DNA from: the human T2T-CHM13v2.0 reference genome, Homo sapiens
Direction of reading: 5' to 3'
NCBI GenBank assembly: GCA_009914755.4
Contig: CP068257.2
Coordinates: 2,240,001-2,304,000 of the forward strand
DNA length: 64,000 nt
Shown: piece by piece, positions 1 to 12,040 of the stretch
Numbering within the stretch: position 1 is the first letter of the stretch
Layout: each line of letters begins with the position of its first letter
The notes under the pieces: generated by a model
Databases searched by the model: none
Told to the model about the DNA's origin: nothing
Seen by the model: the letters and a program-made list of their open reading frames with translations, nothing else
Made by a program: the position numbers and the translations under genes

Positions 1-162
1 GGAGGCTGCTGCAGTCTCGCCAGATCTTCAGGCTCTGTCTCTGATTCTAGTGCTCTTGTTATTTCCAGCATATCTGCAGTTACCTCCTCCACAGAAGTCG
101 TGAACCCCTGTGTCATCTGTGAGGGTTGGAATAATCTTCCCAACTTCTCTCTCTCTCTCTCT

Positions 163-446
<284 letters not shown>

Positions 447-479
447 GCCCCAACTTCTCCTAATGTTGCTATTTTGATC

Positions 480-1305
480 TTATTTTTTAAATCATGAATG
501 TTCTCAATGACATCTAGAATGGTGAATCCTTTCCAGTAGGTTTTCAATTATTTTGCCCAGATCCATCAAAGGAATCACTTTCTAGAGAAGTTATAGCTTT
601 ATGAAATATATTTTTAAGTGATAAGACTTGAAAGTTGAAATTATTCTTTGATCCAAGGGCACCAGAATGAATGTTGGGTTAGTAGGCATGAAAACAATAT
701 TCAGCTCTTTGTACATCTCTGTAAAAGCCCTTGAGTACCAGGGGCATTGTCAGTGAGCGGTAATACTTTGAAAGGAATCTTATTTCTTGAGCAGTAGGTG
801 TCAACAGTGGGCTTCAGATATTCAGTAAACCATATTTGTAAGCCGATAGTATGTCATCCAGGCTTTGTTCCCATTTGTAGAGTACAGACAGAGCTGTGTT
901 TTATCATAATTCTTCAGGGCCCTTGGATTTTCAGTATAGTAAATCATCATTGGTTTCAAGTTAACATCACCAACTGCATTAGCCCTTAACAAAAGAGTCA
1001 GCATGTCCTTTGAAGCCTTAAAGCCAGGCATCAACTCCTCTCTAGCTGGGAACATCCTAGATGGCATCTCCTTCTAGTAGAAGGCTGTTTTGTCTCCATT
1101 GCAAATCTATTTAGTGTTGCCATCTTAATCAGTTATCTTCTAGATAGCTTTCTGCAGCTTTTCCATCAGTACTTGCTGCTTTATCTTGCGCTTTTATGTT
1201 ATGGAGATGACTTTTTTCCTTAAACCTCAAGAAACAAGCTCTTCTAGCTTCAGACTTTCCTTCTGCAGCTGCCTCACCACTCTAAGTCTTCATAGAATTG
1301 AAGAG
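480..1305 (-). mobile_element. Tigger/pogo-family DNA transposon remnant with a decayed transposase ORF
   Basis: The minus-strand ORF 822-1067 reads …[41 protein letters not shown]…, which matches the Tigger1/pogo transposase motif (…PGHKPMKDRLTLLLCGNASGDFKVKPLLVYHSENPRAFK…). An Alu interrupts it at 1306. Confidence 0.7.
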
Positions 1306-2330
<1,025 letters not shown>

Positions 2331-2597
2331 TCTTTTGATAGACTCTGAAAATCTCTACCTTTGAATTGGTACATTCATACCATTAACATTCAAAGTGATT
2401 ATTGATATCATTGGATTAATATCTACTATATTTGTTACTGTTTTCTATTCATTCTCCTCAGTCTTCATTCTTTTGTCTACCACTTTTTCTGCCTTTTGCA
2501 GTTTTCATTGATGATTTTAGATGACTCCATTTTCCCTGTCTTTCTTAGTACGTACTTCTCTTTTTAAAACTTTTTTTAACTAGTTGCCACAGAATTT

Positions 2598-2905
2598 GCA
2601 ATATACATTTACAACCAATTCAAGTCCACTTTCAAATAACACTATCCAACTATCCCACAAATAAGACTACCTGCTTAACAAACAAAACACCTAATTCCTC
2701 AGTAACATTTACAACCAATTCAAGTCCACTTTCAAATAACACTATCCCACTATCCCACAAATAAGACTACCTGCTTAACAAAGAACACACCTAATTCCTC
2801 AATATACATTTACAACCAATTCAAGTCCACTTTCAGGTAACACTATCCCACTTCACGGGTGACTACCTGCTTAACAAAGAAAACACCTGATTCCTCCCTC
2901 CCATC
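2598..2905. repeat. Tandem repeat, about 106-bp unit x 3 (atttacaaccaattcaagtccactttcaaataacactatcc…)
   Basis: Three consecutive near-identical copies are visible by eye (starting about 2598, 2707 and 2813). Confidence 0.85.
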
Positions 2906-3210
2906 CTTCCATTCCATTCCTTGTATTATTGTTCCTTATTTCACTTGTGTATAAGCATGCATAATCTATCTGTGTGTATTTATTATTATCTACAAACTTA
3001 TTGGTCAGATCAATTATGAATAAATACATGTTTTTATTGTACCACAATGCCTCCCTACCATCCTTCCATTCCATTCCTTGTATTAGTGTTACTCATTTCA
3101 ATTGTATATAAGCATACATAATATATCTGTATTTGTTATTGTCTATGATCTTCTTGGTCAGATCAATTAAGAATAAATACATAGGTTTTTATTGTACCAC
3201 AATTCTTTCT
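2905..3210. repeat. Tandem duplication, about 155-bp unit x 2 (ccatccttccattccattccttgtatta…ttattgtaccacaat)
   Basis: Two adjacent copies, about 85-90% identical. Confidence 0.8.
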
Positions 3211-3229
3211 TTAATGCTCTTTTTAAAAA

Positions 3230-4360
3230 AATGTTGATCCAGGTTTCAGTTATATATCTTTTGTTTCCCTAAAGAATTTCATTTAACATTTCTTGCAAGA
3301 CAGGTCTCCTGGCAACAAGTTTCTTGAATTTTTATTTTTCTGAGGAAGGCCTTAATTCTCCTTCACTTTTGAAGGGTGGTTTCAGTGGGTACAGAAACTT
3401 AGGTTGGTGGGTTTTTTCTGTCAACATTTTGAATTTTTCATTTCACTGTCTTCTTACTTTCACAGTTTCTGAAATGTTGAATGCAGTTCTTATCTTTGTG
3501 TCTCTGTAGGTAAGGTGTTTTCTGCCCCACCTCTGGTTTCTTTCAGAGTTTTCCTTTATCTTTTATTACATATAGTTTGAAAATTATATGTCCAAGTGTA
3601 GGTTGTTGGTATTTATTCTGCCTGGTGTTCTCAGAGCTTCCTGGATCTTTGGTTTGGTGTCTGACATTAATACTGGAAGTTCTCAGACATGGTTGTTGCA
3701 GAACTTTCTTCTATTTCTTCTCCTCTTGGTATTCTCATTACTGTTTCACCTTTTGTAGTTGTCCCACAGTCTTGAATATCATCTTCTGTTCTTTTCAGTG
3801 TTTCTTTTCTTTAGTTTTTGAAGTTTCTGATGATAAATCCTCAAGCTCAGAGATTTTTACTCAGCTGAGTCCAGTCTACTAATAAGCCATCAGAGGTATT
3901 CTTCAGTTATTTACCACGTTTTTCATCACTACATTATGTTGAAAGTTCTTACGATGTCTGTCTTTCTCATTACATTACCCATCTACACTTGAATACTGTC
4001 TACTTCATTCATTAGGCCCTTAGCATATTCTCCAGAGGTTTAAAAAAAAATTCCAAGATCATATCTTTGTCTGCTTCTGAAGCTTGCTCTGTTGACACAA
4101 ATTGTATTTTTTTCTTTTTTTGGATTTTAGTATGCCTTGCAATTTTTTCCCTTTATTCTGATGCATGAAGTACCCACTAAAAGTGACTGCTGTTAGTATA
4201 GCTTCAGTAATGCGGTGATGAGGTGACAGGGCAGGTGATGCTCTCTTAGTCTCTTTAGGCTACTATAACAAAATACTTCAGACTGAGTAATTCATAAACA
4301 ACAGAGATTATTGTTCACAGATCTGGAGGCTGGAAAGTACAAGACTAAAGGGCCAGGATA
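3230..4360 (-). mobile_element. Old LINE-1 (L1M/L1P-type) fragment covering the ORF1 region
   Basis: Minus-strand translation about 3590-3690 gives …QTKDPGSSENTRQNKYQQPTLGHIIFKL…, homologous to L1 ORF1p (…IQEAQRTPNKINPKRSTPRHIIIKM…). The + strand shows the characteristic antisense-L1 sequence texture. Confidence 0.55.
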
Positions 4361-4374
4361 TTTGGTGTTTGGTG

Positions 4375-5836
4375 AAGGTCAAACATTCAGACACTCTCAA
4401 CGACTATAGCGACAGCAGCAGTCTTCAGGAATCCTATGTGAGGGACAAACACTCAGAAGCCAGCTGGAGTGTTCTAGAATCCTATGTGAGGGCCAAACAT
4501 TCAGACCCCAGCAGTAGTGTTGTGGAATCCTATGTGATGGACAAACTTTCAAACCCTTGTAGCAGTGTTCTGGAATGCTATGTGAGGGACAAACATTCAG
4601 ACCACGGGAGCAGTGTTCTGGAATTCTATGTGAAGGACAAACATTAAGACTCTCATAGCAGTGTCCTGGAATCATATGTGAGGGACAACCATTCAGACAC
4701 CAGCAGAAGTGTTCTGGAATCCTAGGTGTGGGAAAAACATTCAGAACCTAGTAGCAGTGTTCTGGAATCCTATGTGAGGGACATACATTCAGACCACGGC
4801 AGCAGTGTTCTGGAATGGTATGTGAAGGACAAACATTCAGACCCTTGTAGCAGTGTTCCAGAATTTTACGTGAGGGACAAACATTCAGACCACAGCAGCA
4901 GTGTTCTGGAATCCTATATGACGGACCAACATGCAGACCCTTGCAACAGTGTTCTGGAATACTAGGTGAGGGAAAAATATTCACACCCTTGTAGCAGTGT
5001 TCTGGAATTCTATGTGACTGACAAACATTCAGACTCCAGCAGCAGTGTTCTGTAATCCTATGTGAGGGACAAACATTCAGACCCCAAGAGCAGTGTTCTG
5101 AAATCCTATGTTAAGGGAAACATTGAGACCCCAGCATGAATGTTCTGGAATCCTATGTGAGGGACAAACATTCAGACCACGGCAGGAGTGTTCTGGAATC
5201 CTATGTGAGGAACAAACATTCAGACCACAGCAGGAGTGTTCTGGAATCCTATATGAGTTATAAGCATTCAGACCCTCATAGCAGTGTTCTGGAATCCTAT
5301 GTGAGGGAGAAGCATTCAGAGCACAGCAGGAGTGCTCTGGAATCCTATGTTAGGGACAAACATTCAGAACCTCGTAACATTGTGCTGGAAACCTATGTGA
5401 GGGACAGACATTTAGACCCTCGCAGCAGTGTTCTGGAATCCCATGTGAGGGTCAAACATTCAGATCCTCGCAGCAGTGTTCTGGAATTCTATGTGAGTGA
5501 CAAACATTCAGACTCCAGCAGCAGTGTTCTGTATTCCTATGAGAAGGACAAACATTCAGAATCCAGGAGCAGTGTTTTGAAATCATATGTTAAGGGCAAA
5601 CATACAGACCCTAGCATCAATATTCTAGAATCATATGTGAGGGACATACATTCAGACCCTCACAGCAGTGTTCTGGAATCCTAGATGGGGGACAAACATT
5701 CAGACCCCAGCAGCAGACTTCTGGAATCCTATGTGGAGGACAAACATTCAGACAATGGCAGCAGTGTTCTGGAATCCTATGTGAGGGACAAACACTCAGA
5801 GCCTTGTAGCAGTGTTCTGGAATCCTATGTGAGTGA
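4375..5836. repeat. 48-bp tandem satellite, about 30 units (CER / D22Z3-like acrocentric pericentromeric satellite)
   Basis: The unit gtgagggacaaacattcagaccccagcagcagtgttctggaatcctat repeats head to tail with about 10-15% divergence between units. Confidence 0.85.
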
Positions 5837-6179
5837 GAGTGCCTTGAGCCTACCCAACCTGACGCCCCCAAAGCCCTCACAGGGTCTGACCTCCCAGCAT
5901 GCACCTGCCTCTCCCTGAACCCCAACTGCCCACCCTGCCTGTTCCCCGGCCTCCTCCATCCTGTGCAGCCCATAGACTGTGACCATCTCTCCAGCCACTC
6001 TGGCCCTTCCTTTACCTTTGTCCTGTCAGAATCTCTGAGCAGGATCTCCCAGGTCCATCCAAATATGTGCTTTGTCCACTTTTGACTAGGCCCTTGGGCA
6101 TCACTGGGCTATCCCAGCTGTCCACAGGGCCTTCAATAATGCACATTGCACCTGGCTTATCCAAGCAGTGCTCAGCAGC

Positions 6180-7075
6180 CCACATTGACCAGGTCCCTGC
6201 TGACCAGACCCCGCACATCAGGTCCTCCCTGATGACACCCTCACTGATTAGACCCTCATGACCAGGCCCCACTAACAAGGCCCCCACTGCCGGGCACACA
6301 ATGACAGGGACTCCACTGACCAGGACCTTACTGACAAGGCCTCACGGACCAAGTCCTTACTGACAAGTCCTCACTGACTAGGTCATTATTGACAAGGCCT
6401 CACTGATCAGGTTCCACTGATCATGACCTCATTCCCTGGCCCCAAAGATGAGGCCCCACTGACCAGGCCTCCAGGGAACAGGTTGCCACTGATCAGGCCC
6501 CTAATAACGAGGCCTTAAGTCACCAGATGCCCCTGACTGGGACCCTAGTGAGTAGACCCCACTGAACTGGCACCAAATGCTGAGATTCCCGCTGACCAAG
6601 TCACCCTGTAGACCGCTGCTACAAAAGTCACCACTGACCAAGTCCTCTCTGACCAGGACAATACAGATTAGGTCCCGCTGACAAGGCTGCCCTGACCAGG
6701 GCCCCACTGACAAGGGCCTCACTGATGAGGACACGCCCACCAGGGTCTGCTGACTAGGTCCCATGTGCCCCGTCCTGCACTGAGTAGCACCCCTTGACCT
6801 GGTCACCAGTGCCCCAGCCCATGCTGACCAGACCAGCACTAAGCCCCAGCTGACCAGGTCTCCACTGATCAAGCCCCACAGCCCAGGTTTGCACTGACCA
6901 GACACCAAACAACTGGCAGCCAATAGGTCCCCACTCACCAAAACCCCCACTACTAGACCCCACTAATGAGACCCTCTCTAAGCAGACCCCTGCTGACCAC
7001 TATCCCACTAAATAGTCCTCACTGACCTAGGTCCACTGACCAGGCCCACACTGATCAGGCCCCTCCTAACCACAC
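6180..7075. repeat. Degenerate GC-rich minisatellite block A (about 17-21-bp period, core CCCCACTGACCAGGYC)
   Basis: Dozens of tandem variants of cactgaccaggcccc / cactgatcaggtcc / cactgacaaggcctca. The repeat generates spurious long ORFs such as 6501-6950. Confidence 0.8.
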
Positions 7076-7084
7076 TGGAAATCC

Positions 7085-8270
7085 AAACGGCAATGACATG
7101 TTTCATATGGCAGAAGTTGGAACAAGACAGAGAGAGGAAAGAGGTTCCACAGCCTTTTAAACTACTAGATCTCATGAGAACTCACTCACTATCAGGAGGA
7201 TGGCATTAAGGGCTTGGTGCTTTGCCATTTGTGAAGGATCCACTCCCACTCCTTTATGATTAAAGCTTTTTCCACCTAGGCCCCGACTCTAACATTAGGG
7301 AGTGTACTTTCTCATGAGTTTTGGAAGGGGCATAGAGAAAAACCGTATTATTCTGTCCCTGACCCCACAAATCTCATGTCCTTCTCACATTGCAAGATAC
7401 AGTCATGCCTTGCCAGCAGTCTCCCAAAGTCTTAACTCATTTCAGCATTAACTCAAAGTTACAAAGTGCAAAGTCTCATCTGGGTCAAGGCTACATTCTC
7501 TTTTGCCTACAAGTCTCTGAAATAAAAAGCAAGTTCACTGCGTCTAAGGTACAATGATGGTACAGGCATTGTGTAAGCTTTCCATATCCAAAAGAGAGAC
7601 ATTTTCCAGAAAGCTTCTTATTTTTATCTGAGGCCCCCTCAGCCTGGCCTTCACTGTCCATGTTTTTGTCAGCATTCTTGTCACAGCCATTTAACCAGTC
7701 TCTAAGATGATCCAAAAATGTTCTCATCTGCCTGTCTTCTTTGGAGCCCTCCAAACTCTTCCAACCTCTACCCATTACCCAGTTCCGAAGTTGCTTCCAC
7801 ATTTTTAGGTATCTTTATAGCAGTGCTCCAGTCCTCATTTGCCATTTTTGGTAAGATTTATCTTGAAAAAGAGGTTTAATTGGCTCATGGTTCTGCAGAG
7901 TGGACAGGAAGCTTAGTGCTTCTGCTTCTGGGGGGCCTCAGAAATCTTTCAATCATTGTGCAAGGTAATGAAAGAGTGAATTGTCTCACATGGCAAGAGG
8001 AAATCACGGAGAATAGGGAGTGATATAGAGTTTTCAGTGGCCAGATCTCACGAGAAGTCACTCATGATTGTGAGGACAGTACCAAGGGGATGGTGCTGAA
8101 CCACTCATGAGAAATTTGCCTTCATGATTCAATCACCTTATACCAGGATCCACCTCCAACATTAGGAAGCATAATTCAACAAGAGATTTGGTGGGGACAC
8201 ATATTCGAATTGCCTCATCAGTCTTTGAGTATAAAGACATCCATAGCAGGCTTTATCCAGCCAGCTTCTT
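7085..8270 (-). mobile_element. MaLR (THE1/MST-type ERVL-MaLR) LTR retroelement, minus orientation (full LTR about 7790-8270, further LTR/internal sequence 7085-7790)
   Basis: Reverse complement of MaLR LTR hallmarks: …agatctcatgagaactcactcactatcaggag…, …ggtttaattggctcatggttctgcag…, …caccttataccaggatccacctccaacattagg…agatttggtggggacacat…. Confidence 0.65.
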
Positions 8271-8720
8271 TGGGATTCTTTATAGGGTTTCAGATCTATA
8301 GGATATCCACTAAAATATTCCTACTTCAAAAGGCAATAAAGTAAGTGGTATTATCATTCTTCAAAAAGTTATAATGGTAGTGTAGGCATTCATAGTATGA
8401 TTTAGTTCATTTGCTACTGTTTCTATTCTATCACCATATTAACACTTTCGTACACAATTCTATATTCAGCTGGGTTTCAGTTGAGCACAAAGTCATCCTT
8501 GTACTACCACCGATAGCTGGCACCAGCTCTTTGATACTGTTATCATTCTGCTGTAGAAAGTACCCGTGAACTGGAAAAAGTCCACACTCGAATAGCTAGT
8601 CATTCAACACTATCAAATTTTAGGTGACTTTTTGAAAAAATAGTATCTCTTGTTGCAAGAAATGCTCCATCTGTGATTTCAAGTCTCTCACTTGAGTGAA
8701 TTGGATGGAAGTGGTGAATT

Positions 8721-8999
8721 TCAGCCAAAGTGGCCAAAGAAATCCTGTTCCTGTGATAATGACTCCATCAGCCTCTGCACCTCTGTCTTCCCTTCTGCCA
8801 CATGTTGTCTGTTCTCCGTGACTTTGGTAAGAGCTTCCTTGTGTATGTGAATGATGTCCAGGATGTTTGTCTTGTGTCCCTGAGACAGCACTAACAGGTC
8901 CATGGCTGGGTCCAGGTCCTTCCTGGACTGACTGGCAAAGAGCTCACTGACAGAGTGGAAGGCATCTATACTGAAGTGGATGGCCTGGTCCAGCTCCAA
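8721..8999 (-). pseudogene. Protein-coding-like remnant, copy 1 of an inverted duplication. It reads …[87 protein letters not shown]. It is an unidentified helical protein, possibly SNARE- or BAR/AH-like.
   Basis: A 92-aa ORF. A paralogous inverted copy at 9374-9645 keeps the same reading frame. The arm shared with that copy is 8822-8979. Confidence 0.4.
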
Positions 9000-9373
9000 G
9001 GCCTGGCTGAGGCTGAAGAAGAACTGTCAGGCTTCTGATGCTCTTTCTCAAAGCCTGCCACCACTCATTGGCTGTGAAGTTGACCTGAGTGCCCTGTTGT
9101 CCATCTTCTTGGTGAAGCACTTGAAGCCATCAATCTTGCTCTCCAACTCCTAAAAGTTGAGTGTCACACTGGGGGTGGGCTCAGAGCCAGGAAGAATCTG
9201 GCACTCACCATCTCATCCTTCTCAGCCTTCCTCTTGCCCTGTCTCCAGGCTATCTCTTCAGTGCTGGTGGGGCACATCAGGAAGTGACAAAAAATGTGGC
9301 ACTGCACCTGCATCCAGAAGCTGGCTGTGTGGTTCATCTACAAGATTGGGCCCTTTCTGCACTTGAACATAGA

Positions 9374-9645
9374 TCCACTTCACCATAGATGCCTTCCACA
9401 CTGTCAGTGAGCTCTTTGCCCATCAGCCCAGGCAGGATCTGGACCCAGTCATGGACCTGTTAGTGCTGTCTCAGGGACACCAGGCCAACATTCTGGACAT
9501 CATCCACGTACACAAGGAAGCTCTTACCAGAGTCCTCCTCAAGATGGCCTGTGGTCTGCCTCTTGGCACCCGAGAAGCCCACAGTGCTGTAGAAGCCCCG
9601 ATGCTTGGACTGGAGCCCCAAAGGCGGCACACACCCCAGTTCTGA
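9374..9645 (+). pseudogene. Copy 2 of the same coding-like remnant (…[46 protein letters not shown]…), inverted relative to copy 1
   Basis: About 88% nucleotide identity to the reverse complement of 8822-8979. The ORF is kept through the shared part and diverges after …KEALT. Confidence 0.4.
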
Positions 9646-9689
9646 GCCTGCTGCTCATTTCCTCTATGTGGCTCCATTTGCAGCACATT

Positions 9690-10070
9690 TGTTGCACTGA
9701 GACCTGTGCATGCCAGGCAAAGCCAAGATGGCTCAAAGAGCAACCACCCACCTCTGCAAGGGTGTGCCAGGAGCCAGTGTACCAGCCACCAACGTCACTC
9801 CCTGCCAGTCAGGGTAAATCAGTTATTCTGCCCTGGAGGTGGAGCCCCAGTGCCATCTGCTTTTCCTCAGGCCTCCACTCCATCAGCTGTCAGGTGGTGG
9901 TCACTCAGACTGTGGGAAACTGGCCATCCCTGTTTCCTTGAGTGCGTGACGTTGGTGACTGCTCCACCTGCTACTGGCATACCCTTGCAGAGGTGGCTGG
10001 TTGCTCTTTGAGCCAGCTTGGCCTTGCCTGGTATGCACAGGCCCCAGGTACTGAGAAGCTGCTCCGAGTA
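9690..10070. repeat. Small palindrome: arms about 9690-9800 and 9950-10070 (about 85-90% identical as reverse complements), spacer about 150 bp
   Basis: tgcatgccaggcaaagccaagatggctcaaagagcaaccacccacctctgcaagggtgtgccagg… compared with the reverse complement of …cctggcatacccttgcagaggtggctggttgctctttgagccagcttggccttgcctggtatgcaca. Mirrored ORFs run on both strands. Confidence 0.75.
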
Positions 10071-10984
10071 AGTTTGTCTTGGGCCAAATTCTAAGTCTGG
10101 CCAGGGCCACAGAAGGCCGAGTCCCCTGGGTGGTAATCCTGGCTGCTGCAGGGGGGCCCATGGTCCCCCTCCCCTCCCAGGGCTCAGGATGAGGTCCGAC
10201 TGGGACAGGATGCTTTAGGTATGGGACTTGTGCCCCAGGAGGGGACCTCTGTCACACACGTTGGGTGAGAATATGTATGGCATGCTGCTGGCTGCCAGGG
10301 CTGTTGGGATGCACGTTCACCCTTCCCTTCAGGGACCTCAAAGTGACCAGCTTCCCCTTTATGAGTGACTTCCCAAGGCCCAGGAGCCATTTGGGGCTGC
10401 AGAGCAGCTGGCTGCATGCTGCCCTGGCTTCTTCCATGTTGTGCTGGTCACTACCTACCAAGGGGTGTCAGATGCAGGCACAATGTAGGACGATTGTCTC
10501 TGGGCCTGTGTCTTGGTTATCATGGAGCTAGACTGGGCCTGGTGACAGGGCCCTGATGGGGTTGTCCTGTGTGGTCACGGAGGTGATCAGAAAAGATGCA
10601 GAATGGAATTGCTGCGAGGATGAATGAGATGACTGTCAGCACATAACAGGCAGCTGGTGAGTGTTCAGGGATTACCCTCAGTAGCTGCCCAGAGACCAAA
10701 ACCATCCACCTGATAGTGACTTTTCCCAAGCCAGAAGGAAGAGAAAAGAGCAGGTCCCACTCACCTGAATCTGATCAGTGAGCTGTGTTGAGATGTGCCT
10801 CTCATCTAGAAAATGGTCCTTCACGCAGAGCTACTCACAGACACTGCTGTGTGTCTCTAACTGCTCCACAACACAGAGGCGATGGGGACTCAGCAACAGT
10901 GACATTGTGGGGTGACACAACCCACCACCATGGGAGTCTGCTTGGGTCAACAGGGCCCAGAGTCAGTGTCCTCTATCCCCTGAA

Positions 10985-11062
10985 CTGACATGTGTGTATG
11001 CAATGTATTTGTGTATGCATATGTGCCTGTGTGTGTGTGAGTGTGTATGTGTGTGTTTGTCT
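10985..11062. repeat. (TG)n-rich simple repeat
   Basis: gtgtgtatgcaatgtatttgtgtatgcatatgtgcctgtgtgtgtgtgagtgtgtatgtgtgtgtttg. Confidence 0.85.
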
Positions 11063-11424
11063 TGCTTCTCTGGACAGGCCTAGCTTCTCCACTCATGGGT
11101 GCACCCAGGTCCTCATCACTGTCACCTTAGAGCATTAGAGCCTCTATAGGTGCTCCCCAATCTCTGCCCTCCCCACCCATGGTGGTCCTGGGGATGCAGA
11201 CAGAGGAGGGGCACTGCATAATGCTGAGAGGGCTGGCACCCTCTCTAGGTGGAACACAGGTCATTTGTAAAGTTCTAGGTCTGCCAAGCAGTATTGGATT
11301 CAACACATCTTCTCACCTTCTCTTTCCAGCCACCCTCCAGGGTGCCCCGACTCACTTTCCCTGCAGATGGAGGCAAGGAGGCTCCACAGACAACCCCCCT
11401 GCCTGAGGTCACATAGTGGCCAGC

Positions 11425-12040
11425 AGGCCAGGTACTGACAAACTGCCCCTGACCAGGTTCCCAGTGATGAGTGATGAGACCCCTAATGACCACTCCTCCA
11501 TTGACCAGGTCCCACTGATCAAGTCCCCACTGACCATGTCTTCCTAACCAGGCCCACACTTAATAGGCCTCATGGGCCAGACCCCACTGACCAATTTTCC
11601 ACTGACCTGGTCCCCATTGACAAGACAGGGTTCCCACTGACAAGACCACAATTTACCAGGTTGCTGCTCAACCGACCCCCCACTGAACAATTCTCCATGA
11701 ACGAGTACCCAGCTGACTGAGCTCCCTCTGACCAGGCCCTCACTGACCAGGCTCCAAGCCACTAAGGCCCCACACTGACCAGGCCCGTGATATATTGTGT
11801 ATGCCCCACCAACCAGTTTTTCATTGTTTATGTTCCAACAGATCAGGCCCCACTAATAAAGCCACCACTGACTAGGTCCCCCCACTGACCAGGCTTCCAA
11901 TGACTAGGTCACCAGGTCCCCACTGATGAGGCCTTTACTGAGGAGGCTGCCACTAACCAGGCCCCTGCTGATCAGGTCCCAAATGACCAGGTCCTGATGA
12001 CCAGGTCATCTCTGACCATGGTCCACTGACCAGGCCCCGG
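11425..12040. repeat. Degenerate GC-rich minisatellite block B (same family and orientation as block A)
   Basis: cccactgaccaggtc / cccactgatcaagtcc / ccactgacaagacc … tandem variants. Confidence 0.8.

Noticed and set aside
5136-5684. 182-aa + ORF (and 4369-4647, 4726-4965 and the mirrored minus-strand ORFs) inside the 48-bp satellite
   Set aside because: These are produced purely by the 48-bp (16-codon) periodicity. The 'protein' is a concatenation of ESYVRDKHSD-like 16-mers, with no start context, splice sites or homology.
6501-6950. 149-aa minus-strand ORF and neighbouring ORFs in the GC-rich region (6012-6299, 6754-6963, 11275-11762)
   Set aside because: They lie entirely within the degenerate CACTGACCAGG minisatellite. 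The repetitive LVSGDL-type peptide is low-complexity, and stop codons are rare only because of the GC-rich composition.
9706-10161. Overlapping + and - ORFs with similar peptides (…SKSNHPPLQGCARSQCTSHQRHSLP… and …SKSNQPPLQGYASSRWSSHQRHALK…)
   Set aside because: They are mirror products of the small palindrome. Both strands are 'open' only because the arms are reverse complements of each other. There is no coding signature.
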